DNA of 64,000 nt from Eledone cirrhosa. Taxonomy: Eukaryota. Positions 40,901-55,200 of the stretch are shown here, piece after piece (the first letter of the stretch is position 1; every line of letters starts with the position of its first letter). A model generated the notes under the pieces. The model saw only the letters and a list, made by a program, of their open reading frames with translations. It had not been told where the DNA came from and ran no database searches. The DNA is taken from positions 357,306,001-357,370,000 of the forward strand of contig OZ024741.1 of NCBI GenBank assembly GCA_964016885.1, written 5' to 3'. A program made the position numbers and the translations under genes.

Positions 40901-43900
40901 AGGGGTGATAGTTTTTTCTGTAGAGTAAATGATGTGGTTTCATGGTGAACAGGACGTTAAGAATTTTAGAGGATTTATTGTACTTTTAAAAATTATTTTT
41001 TGATAGCATATGTTCAAAAGCATGTAAAATGTAGACCCATTATATAGTTCATACATAAGAAATTTAAAACTTACCAGCAGATGAAACACCTTGTGGGCTA
41101 CCTTGTTCTTTTGCTTTACTGTCTTCTTCATCTTTAGCTTCTCTTTAAGTGGGAAAAAAAAGACCAATAATCAAATAATAAAAGCCAAAAGAGAAATATT
41201 CCAAATATACTTGAGAACAAAAATAAAAATGAAAATAACCCTTTTATTACCATATTTCTAATAAAATACACTGACTATGATTTTTAAAATGATCAAGAAT
41301 TTGGAGGATTTACTATATATAAGTTAATTTCTCATTATTAATTAGGTGTAAGGATGGTGGATTGACAATGTTATTAGAGCATTAGACAAATGTGTAGCAA
41401 TATTTGTTCTGGCTCTTTACTCTGAGTTCAAACCCCACTGAAGTCAATTTTACCTTTCATCCTTTTAGGGTCAATAAAATAAAGTACCAGTCAATTTCTC
41501 AAGGTGGCTTAATCGAATTTTCCTCTAAATATAAACACTTTAAAATAAACAGCTTTGTATCATAGAACCAGGGTCTGTTTCAGGTGGTTTGGTAGCAAAA
41601 GGGTTGAAAAACAAATCGAAAAAAAAAAACAAACAAAAAGAAAACAAAATTTACAATAAACTGGATGGCAAAAATTTCAGCAGCAGGTCCTCAAGATCTA
41701 CATTTTCTTCTTGTTTTTTTCTTGTGGTGTTACGTACCTGTCAAATAATAATAATAATAATAATAATAAAAAGCTGGGTGGATTTATAAGATGGTGGAAA
41801 ACGTAGCTATGTACTCAGAAAATAGAAATATTAGAATACAGAGCTAATGGAAATAGGAAATAGACACCAACACGAGCTGAACGTCTTTTACAGGCTACTT
41901 CTTCAACTGCAGTATTTCGCTTTCGTTTCTGAACCTTGCGTGACCCAGCCTCATCAACTTCCATAGATGTCGTAATTTCAGGAGTATCTACAATTACAGG
42001 GAAAATATGCAAATCATCAGCATCATCATGCCAACACTGCGACTAACCTTCCAAAATCTAAACCAGCCTCATACATTCATTGATAACAGTGTCTAACCTC
42101 CTATGGTTCCATGCCTTCATTGCTACAACAGTGTCCAACTTTCCAAAAGATAAAATAATAAGGATCTATATGTCCAATGTTCAACAATGATTTCAGTAGT
42201 GTGAAATATAGGAGAAATAAATCTCCAAGACAAGATTCTGGTAGCTTTTTCTGATAAGTAGGATTGAACTCAACACCACAAGCCAATATAACATTAAGTT
42301 CATTGTACTGTGGCATACAGAAATTAATTTCAAATTAAAAAATAGCAGCTAAAGAGTAACACAAGATATCCTGCTCTGAATTAGTTTACTCAATGTACTC
42401 AGTGTACTTTTGAAAGAATTTTATCCTGAAATATAAGGGCCAATAAACAACAGCAACGTAACATTCCAACATTTTTGTTATATTTTAAACAAGTGATGTC
42501 CTATTTGCACTGTAGTAGCCTTCCAACAAAACTATATTTTCTACACTAAACAGCTTTTGCCTAATATTTCTTCTTCAAGGTGGTGAACTGGCAGCGTCAT
42601 TAGAACATCAGATTAAATGCCTTAGTGTTTGTGCTGGATCTGTAATTTCAGTTCAATTTTGTCTTTCATCCATTTAAAGTCAAATATAACACCAGTCTAA
42701 CAGGACTGGTGAAGTGGCAGAATTGTTAAAACATCAGATAGGATGCCTTGTGGTATCTACTTCAAATCTGTACCTTCTGAGTTCAAATCATGTTTCTTGT
42801 CACTAGAAACCAATGGGAACAGTTTCCTTGGTTCCAGCTGATGATCATTTTTTTTCTCCCTTTTTCTCCTTTACAATTGATTAATAATAAAAACAATGCA
42901 AAGTAGGTTTAAAAAAATAATTAATTAGGTTAGCACTTGAATTTCAGAAGCAGTTTTACTTCAAGTACTGGTATGTTTTATCCATACTAAATTTCTATGG
43001 CTGGATGCCCTTTCCGATGCCAACCCATACTTTTCAATGTGGTACCAGATTCACTAACTTAATGATATTTTGGAGGCAAAGACAAACACAAATACACAAA
43101 CAATGAGTTTTTATAAAGTTCCTATCTACCAAAGTCACTCAAAGGGTCTTGGTTGGCTTGAGCTTATAGCAGAAGATATTTGCTCAAGATGCCATGCAGC
43201 AGGACTGAACCTGGAACTACAAGCTTTAGAAGCAAACTTCTAAACCACACAGCCATGATTGACAGTCTTAATAACTAGATGGGTGTGAAAGAAACCAAGT
43301 CAAAAATTCTTACTGTTATTTCCTGTTGTGGTTGGAGATGACATCTGCACAGTAGGTGAGGATGTGCCACTGTTCCCTGCCGTTTCACCAACTTCAGATG
43401 ATGACGCTGCTACTGCACTTTCTCCTGCATCCAAAGTCATCTGTGCCTCTTGATCCGAACTCCGATTGTGAGCATCTGATTCAAGTACTTCCACAGCATG
43501 TTGCTTATCGTTTGCAGGTTTGGGTGTTTTAACATATGGTGTCAAATCTATGTGAAGACCCATACTCTTAAATACATAAATAAATAAAACAAATAAATTA
43601 TACGGAGAAAGCATTTTATTGAAATTTAAAATTGCACTGTACTACAAAATATTTAAATATATGCTATTTTATAATAACTTCAACTTGATAGAAGTATTTT
43701 CCTTGAAACGTAATAATTAGGAATCAATAATTATATTTTATTTGAATAAATGCATTTAAATCATGTTCATCAAGAAGGCAAATTGCCAGTTTGTGTTTGA
43801 TATGATTCTAAACTGACCAATAACAGAAGCTTCTGCCAAGGTGACAATGTTATCGGTTGAAGTCATAAATGGCTGAACCAGGATGAAAGGAAAATACAAG

Positions 43901-46669
43901 ATGTCTAGGTATGCATTTGCATATTTGTAAACTGATAAATTTGTTTACTACTGGGACAGGAAGACAAAAGTTTATATGGTGACAGAAAACGTTTGCTATA
44001 CAATTGAAACATTTATAAGTTATGAAAAACATTCATTTAACTCTTTTGTTACCATATTTCAAATAAAAGACACTACCTGTGATTTTGAAAATAATCAAGG
44101 ATTTGAAGGGATTTAGTAATGTAATTTACTTTCTCATTACGAAACTGGTGTTTGGAAAATAGCAAAGGTTTTTACATAGAATTATGGTGGAATATAAATA
44201 TAAACACTTTAAAACAGTTTTGTATCATAGCAATATCAGGCAGTGTGGTATCAAGATGGTTTAAAAAATGATACTAATATTCATGGAATCTCAACAGAGC
44301 TCAATAATATGATTTCTCAAGAGAATCAGTTAGGAACAAAAATTGTTTTTTGTAAAAATTACATTTTGTTTAGACATACCTTTCGAGGCTCACTGTCAAC
44401 TATTTCATCATACAATGCTAAAAGACATTCCCCGACACATTTCCAACTGAAAGTAAGCATCAAAAATTAAGAAATATAGTTTATATGAAGCATTGAAATA
44501 TGTTATCAAAATTGTTTTAGGAAAGTAAGTACAATGCAAGTTAGGAATAAAAGACTGAAAACAGGAGTAAAGTAAGACAAAAAAAAATTTACACTTTTAC
44601 TTTATATTATATATTTTAGGGTTAGGACACCTTCTTCAAAAATGAAGTACGATGGTGGTGGCAAAATATGAAACAAAGTAAACGTGTAAATCTGTTTTGT
44701 TTGTCTTACTTTACTGCTATTTTCACTCCTTTATTTGTAACTTTCATTGCACTGGCTCTCCTGAAATAATTTTCACCACACTGAAAATTAAATTGAAGGA
44801 ATTCTTATTATCATCATTGTTTAACGTCTGCTTTCCCTGCTAGTAATGGTTGGACAGGTCGTCAGTACACCAGGTTAGTACTCAAGGTCAGATACTGATC
44901 CTATGGATGAGTTGGGAGTCAGCATCCTGCTTACATATGATCCTGCACTCTGTCAAGTGTTCAGATGGGCTGGCAGCCTGCATCTTACTTACATATAATC
45001 CCATGCACTATCATGTGCATTTTATTGTAGCCTCAGCACCAGGGAGGTTGTTATATTATTGACTCAGCTGAAGAGTTCTCCTGACCCATTGGCAGGATGC
45101 CCTTCCCATCACCAATCACTTTAGAGTGTACTGGGTACATTTGTGTAAATCACCAACACAAGAAAAAATATATAGTTATTAATGATAAATCAGAAACCAT
45201 AATCAAGTCTATAATTTTGCTATTCTCATAATATATAAAATGATACTTCATCTCCATACTTGCATGAGTTGGAGGTTTTTTTTTCCAGCACAGTATCTCT
45301 CCACGTGTCATGGTCCTTTGTCATTTCAACTGGGAGTTTCAGTGATTTGAGATCAACTCTCACCTCTGCCCAGGTCTTCCTTGACCTCCTACTGTAGCTC
45401 TCTTCCACTGAGATTTCTTGGCACCTATTCACCCAATGACCATCATGCATATGCATCACATGATCATACCAGTGGAGTTGTATCTACTACACACTACATC
45501 TGATTACTCTTATACAGTTTTTCTTATAGTTCCTCTATGCTTTGTCATTCACGCACATAAGCATTGCACATCCATCGGAGTCTGCTCACTTAATTCCTCT
45601 TTAGCCTTCACATATCCTCTACATACAGTTATGTGAAATAGTAGTGAGTTTCTAGAATTGATTTTGAAAGCCAGTTTTGTTTTCATCAATGTTTAGTCAG
45701 GTTGGGAAAGACAATGTCCATGACCATTTTTTAAGATCTCCAAGAATGGTGGGAAGAAGATATCCTCTAACTGGAAACCTGGTCTGAATACTTGCAACAG
45801 AGTAGTTGTAGTAGTGTTGGAACACACAACCATGTGGTTGCAAATCATGCCCCCATTTAACCACACAGCTATTATGCACTCTCATAGATTACTTACCTAT
45901 ATTCTACAATAGGTTTTGGAAGAGTGAGTGGAGATGGTGGTGGAACATAAGCTAATTCTCGACGAATTTTCCGCATCTCCAGAGCTTCATTTATGAACTG
46001 GAAGTATAAGACATTTCAATAAATCAATAAATACTTTATTTATTATAACTTTAAAAAAATTCTTTTGACAAATATTTAACTCTTTTGTTACAAAACCATC
46101 TCTGGTTCTACAATACAAAACTGTTTTAAAGTGTTTATATTTATCTAAAAGCCTTCTGTCATAATTTTATGTAAGAATTTTTAAGCTCCAAACAGCTTAA
46201 TAGTGAGAAAGTTAATTATATTACTAAACCCCTTCAAATTCTTGATTATTTTCAAATATATTTGTCTTTCATTAGAAATATGGTAATGAAAATTATTTAT
46301 TTTCTACCCCATCGTCAAGGCCAATTATCATTTTGTAGGGGGAAAAAATAATTAATTGTAATAACCCTTATCTTACTAATACACATTTTTATCAATCTCA
46401 GAAGGGTAAAAGGCAAAGTGGACTAGGACAAGATTTGAATTTAGGACACTGATGCAGTCAACTAAATACAATGTAGATCTAGGCCCGCTTTCAATTATCT
46501 TGAATAATAATAATTTAGGCATAAGGCCAACAATTTTTGAAACTAGTATTTGACTCTAGATGGATGAAAAGCAAACTGGACCTTGTGAGGATTCAAACTC
46601 AGAAGATAGAGAGCTGGAAAAAATTCCACAAAGCCCGATGCTCTAATGATTCTACAAATCCCACCACCC

Positions 46670-46702
<33 letters not shown>

Positions 46703-49700
46703 TGATTTTTTACATATGTACAAAGTTACAAATGAAACCATATAATCTCATTTTCCCTTTCCTACAAATTTGTAACTTCAATCCTTTATTTGAATTCAGT
46801 TCATTTCTGAGAACATAAACAGCAGAAATGAACTGAATTTAAATGAAGGATTGAAGCTTGTTCATCAATTCAGCCCCATAATCAACATCACCATTTAACA
46901 TCATTTTCTCCTTGCTAGTAAGGTTGGATGGTTGTCACCAGCCAAGTCAGTACTTGATTGATGCTATTGATCTTTCAGATAGGCCAGGAGCCTGCATCTC
47001 CCATACATATGTTCCTACACTCTACAGAGTGTACTAGGGGCATTTTATCATGTCACCAACATTAAGGATTTGTTATATCCTTGACACAACTGAAGAGTCC
47101 TCTCAACCCTTTGTTTGAGATGGTTTCTGCAGTTGGATGCAACAAACCCTTATATTGGAACAAGGTCGCATACTTGTAATAAAAAAATAAATAACGTTTT
47201 TACCTCTTTTTTTTCTTTTTTGTCAGCACGAGTCATCGGTACTATAGGATCACTGAAAAATATATTTTAGAAATTGGAAAATGATATTTGAAGATCACAC
47301 CTATGCAGGTTTAGCTGGCCTTCTACAAGGATGCATTAAAGTAGTCTAGTGGTTTGTATGCTGGACTCACAACCACAAAGTTGTGGGTTCAATTCCTAGA
47401 TCGGACAGCACATTGTGTTCTTGAACGAGATACTTCATTTCACATTGTTTTCATGATAGGACTGGAATCTTTATCATTAAATGTCCTGAGAAACCATCTA
47501 TTTTAGAGATTAAATGACAACTATTGTTACAGCTCACACCTATGCAGGTTGAACAGGTCTCCTATGAATTTACATCTCATAGGCTGATTCTTGGATATTT
47601 TAATGATAGGGGCCTCAGTCCAATCATATGTATCATTCAATGTCATGGCAGGTATAGTTATTTATTTTTGCCTGTAAGAAACACAGATCTAGCCCATATT
47701 CCTGGTATGATCACATTTATTAGATATGTAAATATATGTACTCATGTATGGACCTGTAGTGACCTACATTCCGAGGGCTCACATACATTCTCCGTGCGTT
47801 ATTTGGCTCAGCCCAGCCAATGACCGCCAGTGGAGGAGTATGTATTTCTATGCGCCCTGCAGGAAAAATTCCCCGCGTCGATTCGAGAAATCGCTCTCTT
47901 GCATCCTGACCATGCTAATGTAAAGACCACTTATTCTCTTGCTGCTTCAACGTCGAAGGACCAACACAAACAATGTAACGGTGAGATTTACACTTTGGCC
48001 TTGGGCCTGGCACAATGCCATATTCCTTTTGTAACCATTTTATGTTTAACTTCAACCATACAATTTAACAAACATTACTTTGTGCTCCAATAAAATAAAC
48101 ATACATTTCATCTCTTATTTCTGCCGTTGACATCGTTATTATGCTTCACGTGACGCTACTAACTATAACATATCTTAACTGTTAAAATTGGTGACTTTCC
48201 ACGCAGGAGCATTTAAGCATGAAAAGCTCCTTTACAATATATATATACATCAACCATACTTCCTGTTAAAGACCCATAACTCCTGCTGGAGTTATATGGG
48301 TGATATTGATACATATGGCATGTCTTGAACACTTTAAACCTGGTGAAGTCCATCTCCTGTCCAGAACTGAACACAGCTGATTTCCTCCAGAGAAGGTAAA
48401 AGAGGGGAAGTTAGAAAGGAATATAGAGAAAAAAAATCAACCCCAGTATTGGACTGGTACTTTGTTTATCAACCCCAAAAGGATGAAAGGCAAAGTTAAC
48501 CTAGGCAGAAGTTGAGTGTAAAAGAGCCAGAATGAATACTGCAAAGCATTATAACAACTCTGACAATTTGCTGCCTATATAAATATATAATCTTTATCAA
48601 AAGTATGAAATATATTCTAGATAATGCTTTTTTGGTGGCAATGCCTCTAGATGACCCCAACCAACTGGCTGAAATACAATAAAAGATTTTTAAAAGCATC
48701 ATTAAAAACCTTAGAAAATAACTGAGGAATATTTTACCATTCACATTCAATTCAAAAATAATATAATACATGTCCTACAGACTCTTGGTTGTCATTGAAT
48801 TGATTTTTATGTTACAACTTATAAATCCTGAATCACCATATATTTAATGTAGATTAAAATAACAATAACTGTCAACTTTGGAGTTGGAAAGAGAACTAAA
48901 AAAATGTTTTAATACTATTTTCCCTACTAAAGCAGTGATTAGCCTTGCCAGACCGATGGCAAGCTTCTCCATTTTTCTCTATTCCCTTTATGCTCCTCAC
49001 CAACTCCTTGCCATTCTTTGTCTCCCTCTACTTGTTTCCACAATAATTTCCATCCTCTTCTCCAGTCACTTTCATCCTTCTTCAACACATAACCCAGCTA
49101 TCTCATTCCATTTCTCTTCACAACATTCAACATCCTCTGCAACTCACTGTTTGCCTTCTTTCTCAGTGATACTCCACTCATCCACCAGACCATTCTCATT
49201 TCTATATTTTCCAGCATTCTCTGCTGTTCCCCATCCATTACCCATGTTTCATTCCCATAACCCCCCCCCCCCCCCCATCTTCACATCATTCCCAAGATCC
49301 AACTCAACAGTCTCTCCATCTGAAGTCCTATCCCATACTTACTTCACGCTTAAATGCAAACTAAAACATTGAAGAGCTTTGAATATTTACCAATTAATAA
49401 AGAACATCTTGGACTCCATTTGCAGAGAAGGTTGTTCTGAAAAAATTTGATCTCGGAAACAAATTGCTTTCATATATTCTGCATCTTTCTCTAGAGCAAT
49501 ACCAATAAACTTTAGGCAAGCTGTACAAAAAAAAAAAAAATGTGTATATGTATATATATATATGATGATGATGATACATATACATATGGGCCTAGGCAAA
49601 GAAGAGAAAGACTGCTTTTACAAGCAACTTTTAAAAACAACTGCAATGACAGAGGATGGAGACATCGTTATGCTAGCAGGGGACTTCAATGGTCATGTTG

Positions 49701-52217
49701 GACAGCTCCAGGATGGTTACACTGGGGTACATGGTGGGCACGGTTACAGTTCAAGAAATGAAGAAGGAGTGAGGCTTCTTGAATTTTGTGATGCAAGTAG
49801 ACTGACTATTTGCAGCACTAACTTCCAGAAACCTGCCAACCACCTAATGACCGACAAATCAGGCGAGCACATAAGCCAGATTGACTTTTTACTAGTTAGG
49901 CAGTGGGACAGGCAGATGGTGTCTAATACCAAGGCATACCCTGCGGAAGAATGTACCCCACAGCATAGGTTAGTCGTTAGTGATATCTCAGTAAGCAAGA
50001 GATGGAATGAGACATACAGGAAGGTGTGGAGAAGAAAGGTTTGGAAGCTAAAAGACCTTACACTAAAATACAAATTTAGGAAAGCCCTTCAAGATGTGTA
50101 TGACGAAAAAGAAGACGATTTAGAGACGTATGACATAGATAATAACTGGAATTTCTTACGTGACAACTTACTGCAGGCTACTGATGAAACAGAGAGTGAC
50201 CTGGTGGTGGAACAGCACAGTAGATAAGGCCATTAGAGACAAAAGACTAGCATGGAAGGATTGGAAAAAGGGTGGGAGTAGAGAAGGATATACAGCCGCT
50301 AAGAGAGAAGCTAGACGTCAGGTGTACTTAGCACGCAGAGAGGCTGAGAGTAGGAGGTTTGCCAATGTTCTGCGACGGGAAGATCAGAGGCGTGCAGTGT
50401 TCCACATTGCAAGGCAGTGTGTCAATGCAAATCAGGATGTTGTTGGAGATAAATGTGTCCAGAATGATGCCGGTGTACTTAGTGTCACGAATGATCAGAA
50501 AAAGGAGGCCTAGAAATGTCATTATGAGAGACTGATGAATGTGGAGAACGAATGGGAGAGAGAAATTACCCTCAGTAGATTTGACAGAGGGACCAGCTAT
50601 TGAGATTGACGAATATAGGGTCCAAGAGGCGATTAAGGAAATGAAAAATGGTAAGGCTGCTGGACCATCGGGAATAGTTGCTGAGATGCTGAAGGCATCA
50701 GGGGACGTAGGCACTAAACTGGTTGCACGCATCATCAATTAGGCTATATATGGTGGTATCATACCCAAAGACTGGTGCAGCAGTATTCTCATAAATTGCT
50801 ACAAAGGTAAAGGGGATGCTCTGGAGAGGAGCAATTATAGGGGTATAAAACTGATGGATCAGGTTATGAAAGTGGCACAACTAATTATAATTAGAGAAAG
50901 GGTCAAACTAGATGAGATGCAGTTTGGTTTTGTGCCTGGGAAGAGTACAACCGATGCCTTCTTCTTGGTGAGACAATTACAAGAGAGGTTCTTAGAGAAA
51001 AATAAGCCACTATACTTAGCCTTTGTTGACCTAGAGAAGGCCTTTGATAGGGTACCCCGATCTGTCATCTGGTGGTCCCTAAGGAAACTAGGTGTTGAGG
51101 AATGGCTTGTGAGGACAGTGGAAACTTTGTACAGAGGTACTGTCAGTAAAGTCAGGGTAGGAATGGAGTTTAGTGAGGAATTCCAGATACAAGTAGGAGT
51201 ACATCAAGGTTCAGTCCTCAGCCCGCTCTTGTTCATTAGTCCTCCAAGCCATAACAGAGGAGTTTAAGACTGGCTGTCCATGGGAACTTCTCTATGCTGA
51301 CAATCTGGTTCTTATAGCAGAATCAGTAGAGGAGCTAGAAAATAAATTCTGGCTATGGAAACAGCAGTTGGAAGCAAGAGGACTGAGAGTGAACCTAGCT
51401 AAGACAAAAATGTTGATGAGTAGAAAAGAGGACAAAACTCTGATTCCGTCAGAGAAATGGCCATGTTCGATATGCAGAAAAGGAACTGGCATAAATTCTA
51501 TAAAATGCACACAATGCATATCCTGGGTACACAAGAGATGTAGTGGGATAGCAGGCAAACTAACAGGTAGGAGAAATACGTATGCAGTAGATGTACAGGG
51601 AAATTAGACAGTAGAAGTCACATTGGAGATTAGATTAGCATGGGAGGGGGTGTTCCGAGGCCATAGTATCTAGAATAAGGACGGGTTGGAAGAAGTTTAG
51701 GGAGCTGCTTCCTCTGTTTACGAAGAAGGGTTTCTCCCTGCGTACAAAAGGCCGGTTATATGATGCCTGTGTGAGGAGCGTGATGCTGCATGGTAGTGAG
51801 ACATGAGCAGCAACTGCAGAGGATGGCTGGAGAGAAATGAGGCAAGCATGTTCCGTTGAATGTGCAATGTCAATGTGCGTGAACGCCCCAGCATAAATGT
51901 GTTGAGAGAGAAACTGTGTTTGAGAGGGATAGAATGTAGTGTGCGAGAGAGGAGACTGACGTGGTATGGATATGAGATGCGCATGGAGGATGACCGATGG
52001 GTGAAGAAGTGCCAGGAAATGCCAGTTAAAGGAAGACGTGGTAGAGATAGACCACCAAAAAAATAGGCGGAGGTGGTGAGAACAGACCTCAGATCACTGA
52101 AGCTCACGGTGGAGATGATGAAGGACCATGACGAGTGGAGAGATGCTGTGCTGAATAAGACCCGTCCCACCCTTGCAAGCAGGGAAAAGTGGACATAAAA
52201 TGATGATGATGATGATG

Positions 52218-52250
<33 letters not shown>

Positions 52251-55200
52251 TATACATACATACAAGGTTTACAAAAATCGTTGATAAACTCAATGGTTTC
52301 CAGCCAATGACTAACCCACTCAATGAATCTGCGAGATTGCAGTAATGAGACTGCACACATTTCAGTTAATAGCAAGTACAGTGGCTGTGTTTTGATATAT
52401 ATATATAATCATCATCATCATCATCATTTTACGTCTGCTCTTCTCTGCTTGTATATATATAGTTGAAGAAATAACATAAATACAGGGATACAAAAGCATA
52501 AAATCTTATTAGGATCATGCTTAGGAAGAAGTAGATAAGGGTTCAGTGCTTTGGACAGAAGTCCTTTGTCAAGAAATGGAAAGTTCGGAGAGAGAACAGG
52601 TAGGCACATGAAAGTTCGAAAAAGGTTGTTAAGAAGGTTGGGGGTGGTAGGCGAGTGGTCCAGCATTCAGGAGTAGAGGATAAGATGGAGGGTCAAAGTG
52701 TGTCATGAGTATGGTTGTGTGTGCTGATGGGATGAAATTAGTAGGTGTGCATTATTGCTTCTATCTATGTGTGTACATACACATGTGTATCTCTGAGTCT
52801 TATATTATTGGTGTGTGTGTTTGTGAATTCTTTGTCTTTTGTGTATGTATGTGCACGTGAGTATGTACGTGACTTTTTTGCATTGTTTCTGTGTGTACGT
52901 ACATACATGTGGGTTTTTTATTTGTATGTTTTCGTGTAAGTGTATATGTTTATGTATGAGTGTGTCTGTGTATTTGTAACTTTCTGTATTGTCTATAGCT
53001 GAATTATTTAATGTTTTATTTGTGTACATGTATCTGGATGTAAGTGTGTGTATGTTTATGTATGGATATGTGTGTGTGTGTGAACATCCATGGGAAATGT
53101 GGTCAGCATGTTGGTGTTAGTGAAGTGGTCAGGTGGGAGAAAAAGCGAAAGGTGGAGAGGGCTGTGGTGGCAGCATGTGTGTATATTGGCAGTACAGGGA
53201 TGAATGTAGTAATAAGCGAAGTTGTTAGTAGTTATTTATTTGTGGGTATGTGTGGTAGAGTAGTGGGAGGCAAATGTACATTGTTAGTAGTATTAGCCAG
53301 TGGAGGGGGGGGGGGGGGGGGCATGAGTGTGTGTGTGAATGGGTGGTAGAGGGGTGGGATGAGGGGGGATTTAGGAGTTAGTGGTGGGTGGTATGGTTTG
53401 TTAGTTATTTAGTTAGTGCTGTGGGTGGGATTAAAGTAACTTTAGTTTCATCTCAGAAAACAAATATCAAAACTTTCTAAATATACTTGATTAAAAATAA
53501 AAAAATATATATATATACTTACTCCAGTAATCATTTAACACATAGAGTGCTGTGATCAGGTGATCCATACATGGCAAATGGTTTTTGTTGCAACTAAGAC
53601 CCTACATAGTAAGAAAGAGATTTATATTATTGAAGAGTAAAATGTGTATCATCATCATCATCATCTGTATTTTCATGCTTGCATGGAAAAACAGATTTAA
53701 AATATTTAAAAATCTGAAGAGATAAAGAACAAAAGAAATATTTTAATCCTTTTGATAATTAACTAATCTGAATCTATCCCTGATTCTATGATATAAAGTT
53801 GTTTATTTGTTTATATTTATATTAAAATTTTCTATCGTGATTTTAGCCTTTATCATCCAACCAGTAGCTTAATTAGAAAATTAGTAATTAAATACCTCCA
53901 AATTCTTGATTATTTTTGCAATGGCAATGAAAGGGTTAAATATAACTTAGCAAATTTGTAGTTAAACAATAGAAAGAGAGAGTGAGAAAATACAAACCTG
54001 CTGAAAAGAGTATGCTGCCAATTGATAGTTATGAATTTCAAGAGCAATGAGACCAATTTTATACCAAACTGTTACTTCACTTTCATCAATTGTTACAGCC
54101 TGGGTGAAATATTATAGAATTACAAACAATAATGTAACAAACTTGGATAGATAATATTAGTTTCTTACATAAGCACAAGCTCTCAGTTCATTTTTTTTAG
54201 TGAAAATTAAATTAAGCACTGTTCACAGCTTTCCCATGGGCATTAGTAACATAAAATAAAATGGTTAAAACCAAGAATTGAAACTGAGTACTGGATGCTT
54301 CTACTCTATGATATTATTTAGCAGTAGTATATAAGCTATAGTTTATTCTTGTCTCAGTGTCAAGTGAGTAAACATCATTGATGATAGAAAAAATTCCTGA
54401 AACACTGGTGTCTGACATCGTCACACAGCTACTGAGATAGTTGACATGATCACAGCTTAAAACATTATTGAGACATATCATAGATGCCACCATTAGCACC
54501 TCTATGATACTAATCTGGACTATAAAATACTGTTTATATATTGGTATTCACTATATAAAAGAATACTTTTAAGTGACCACCCTATTCTTAACTGGCATCC
54601 TTTGTGCAGTAGTAAACCCTCTTTTTTACCCTTTTGATACAAACCACTTCTGGTTCTACAATACAAAACTGCTTATTTTAAAGTGTTTAAAAAAATCCCA
54701 AAATCCCCAAATCCTTACTAAATACCTTTAAACTTGATTATTTTCTAAATTATTAGAAAATCATAAGATAATGTCTTTTATTAGAAATATTATAACAAAA
54801 TAGTTAAAGGATTTAAAATTTGAATTTTTCCATGTTATAGGTATTTGGATATTTGAATATGAATTATTTGAGCAAAGTATTGTACTATAAAATATGGAGA
54901 TTTTGGTTATGAATCAAATGAAAGCTGTACCAACCTATTTAATGTTGTAGTGTTTACAGTATATTACTATTGTGACTAGGTTATGTTTACATACTGCAGC
55001 ATCAGAAACTTCCCCCCCTTCTAAGTTACAAAACTGTTTTATGCATTTATATTTATCTAAAAGTCTTCCATCACAGTAATGTGGTAATGAACGGATTAAC
55101 AAGGTTTTATTAGTGTATTCACTAATTAAAATGTAGTAGTTAGATAAGATCTGAGAGTGTTAAGCTTCAGTGATGAAATGCCAAAGGATCAAAACTCATA

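Noticed and set aside
47295-47550. 17-bp direct repeat tcacacctatgcaggtt as a TSD
   Set aside because: Similarity extends past it; more likely two adjacent SINE tails.
48878-49372. 164-aa + strand ORF
   Set aside because: Pyrimidine-rich low-complexity sequence, non-ATG start, no motifs.
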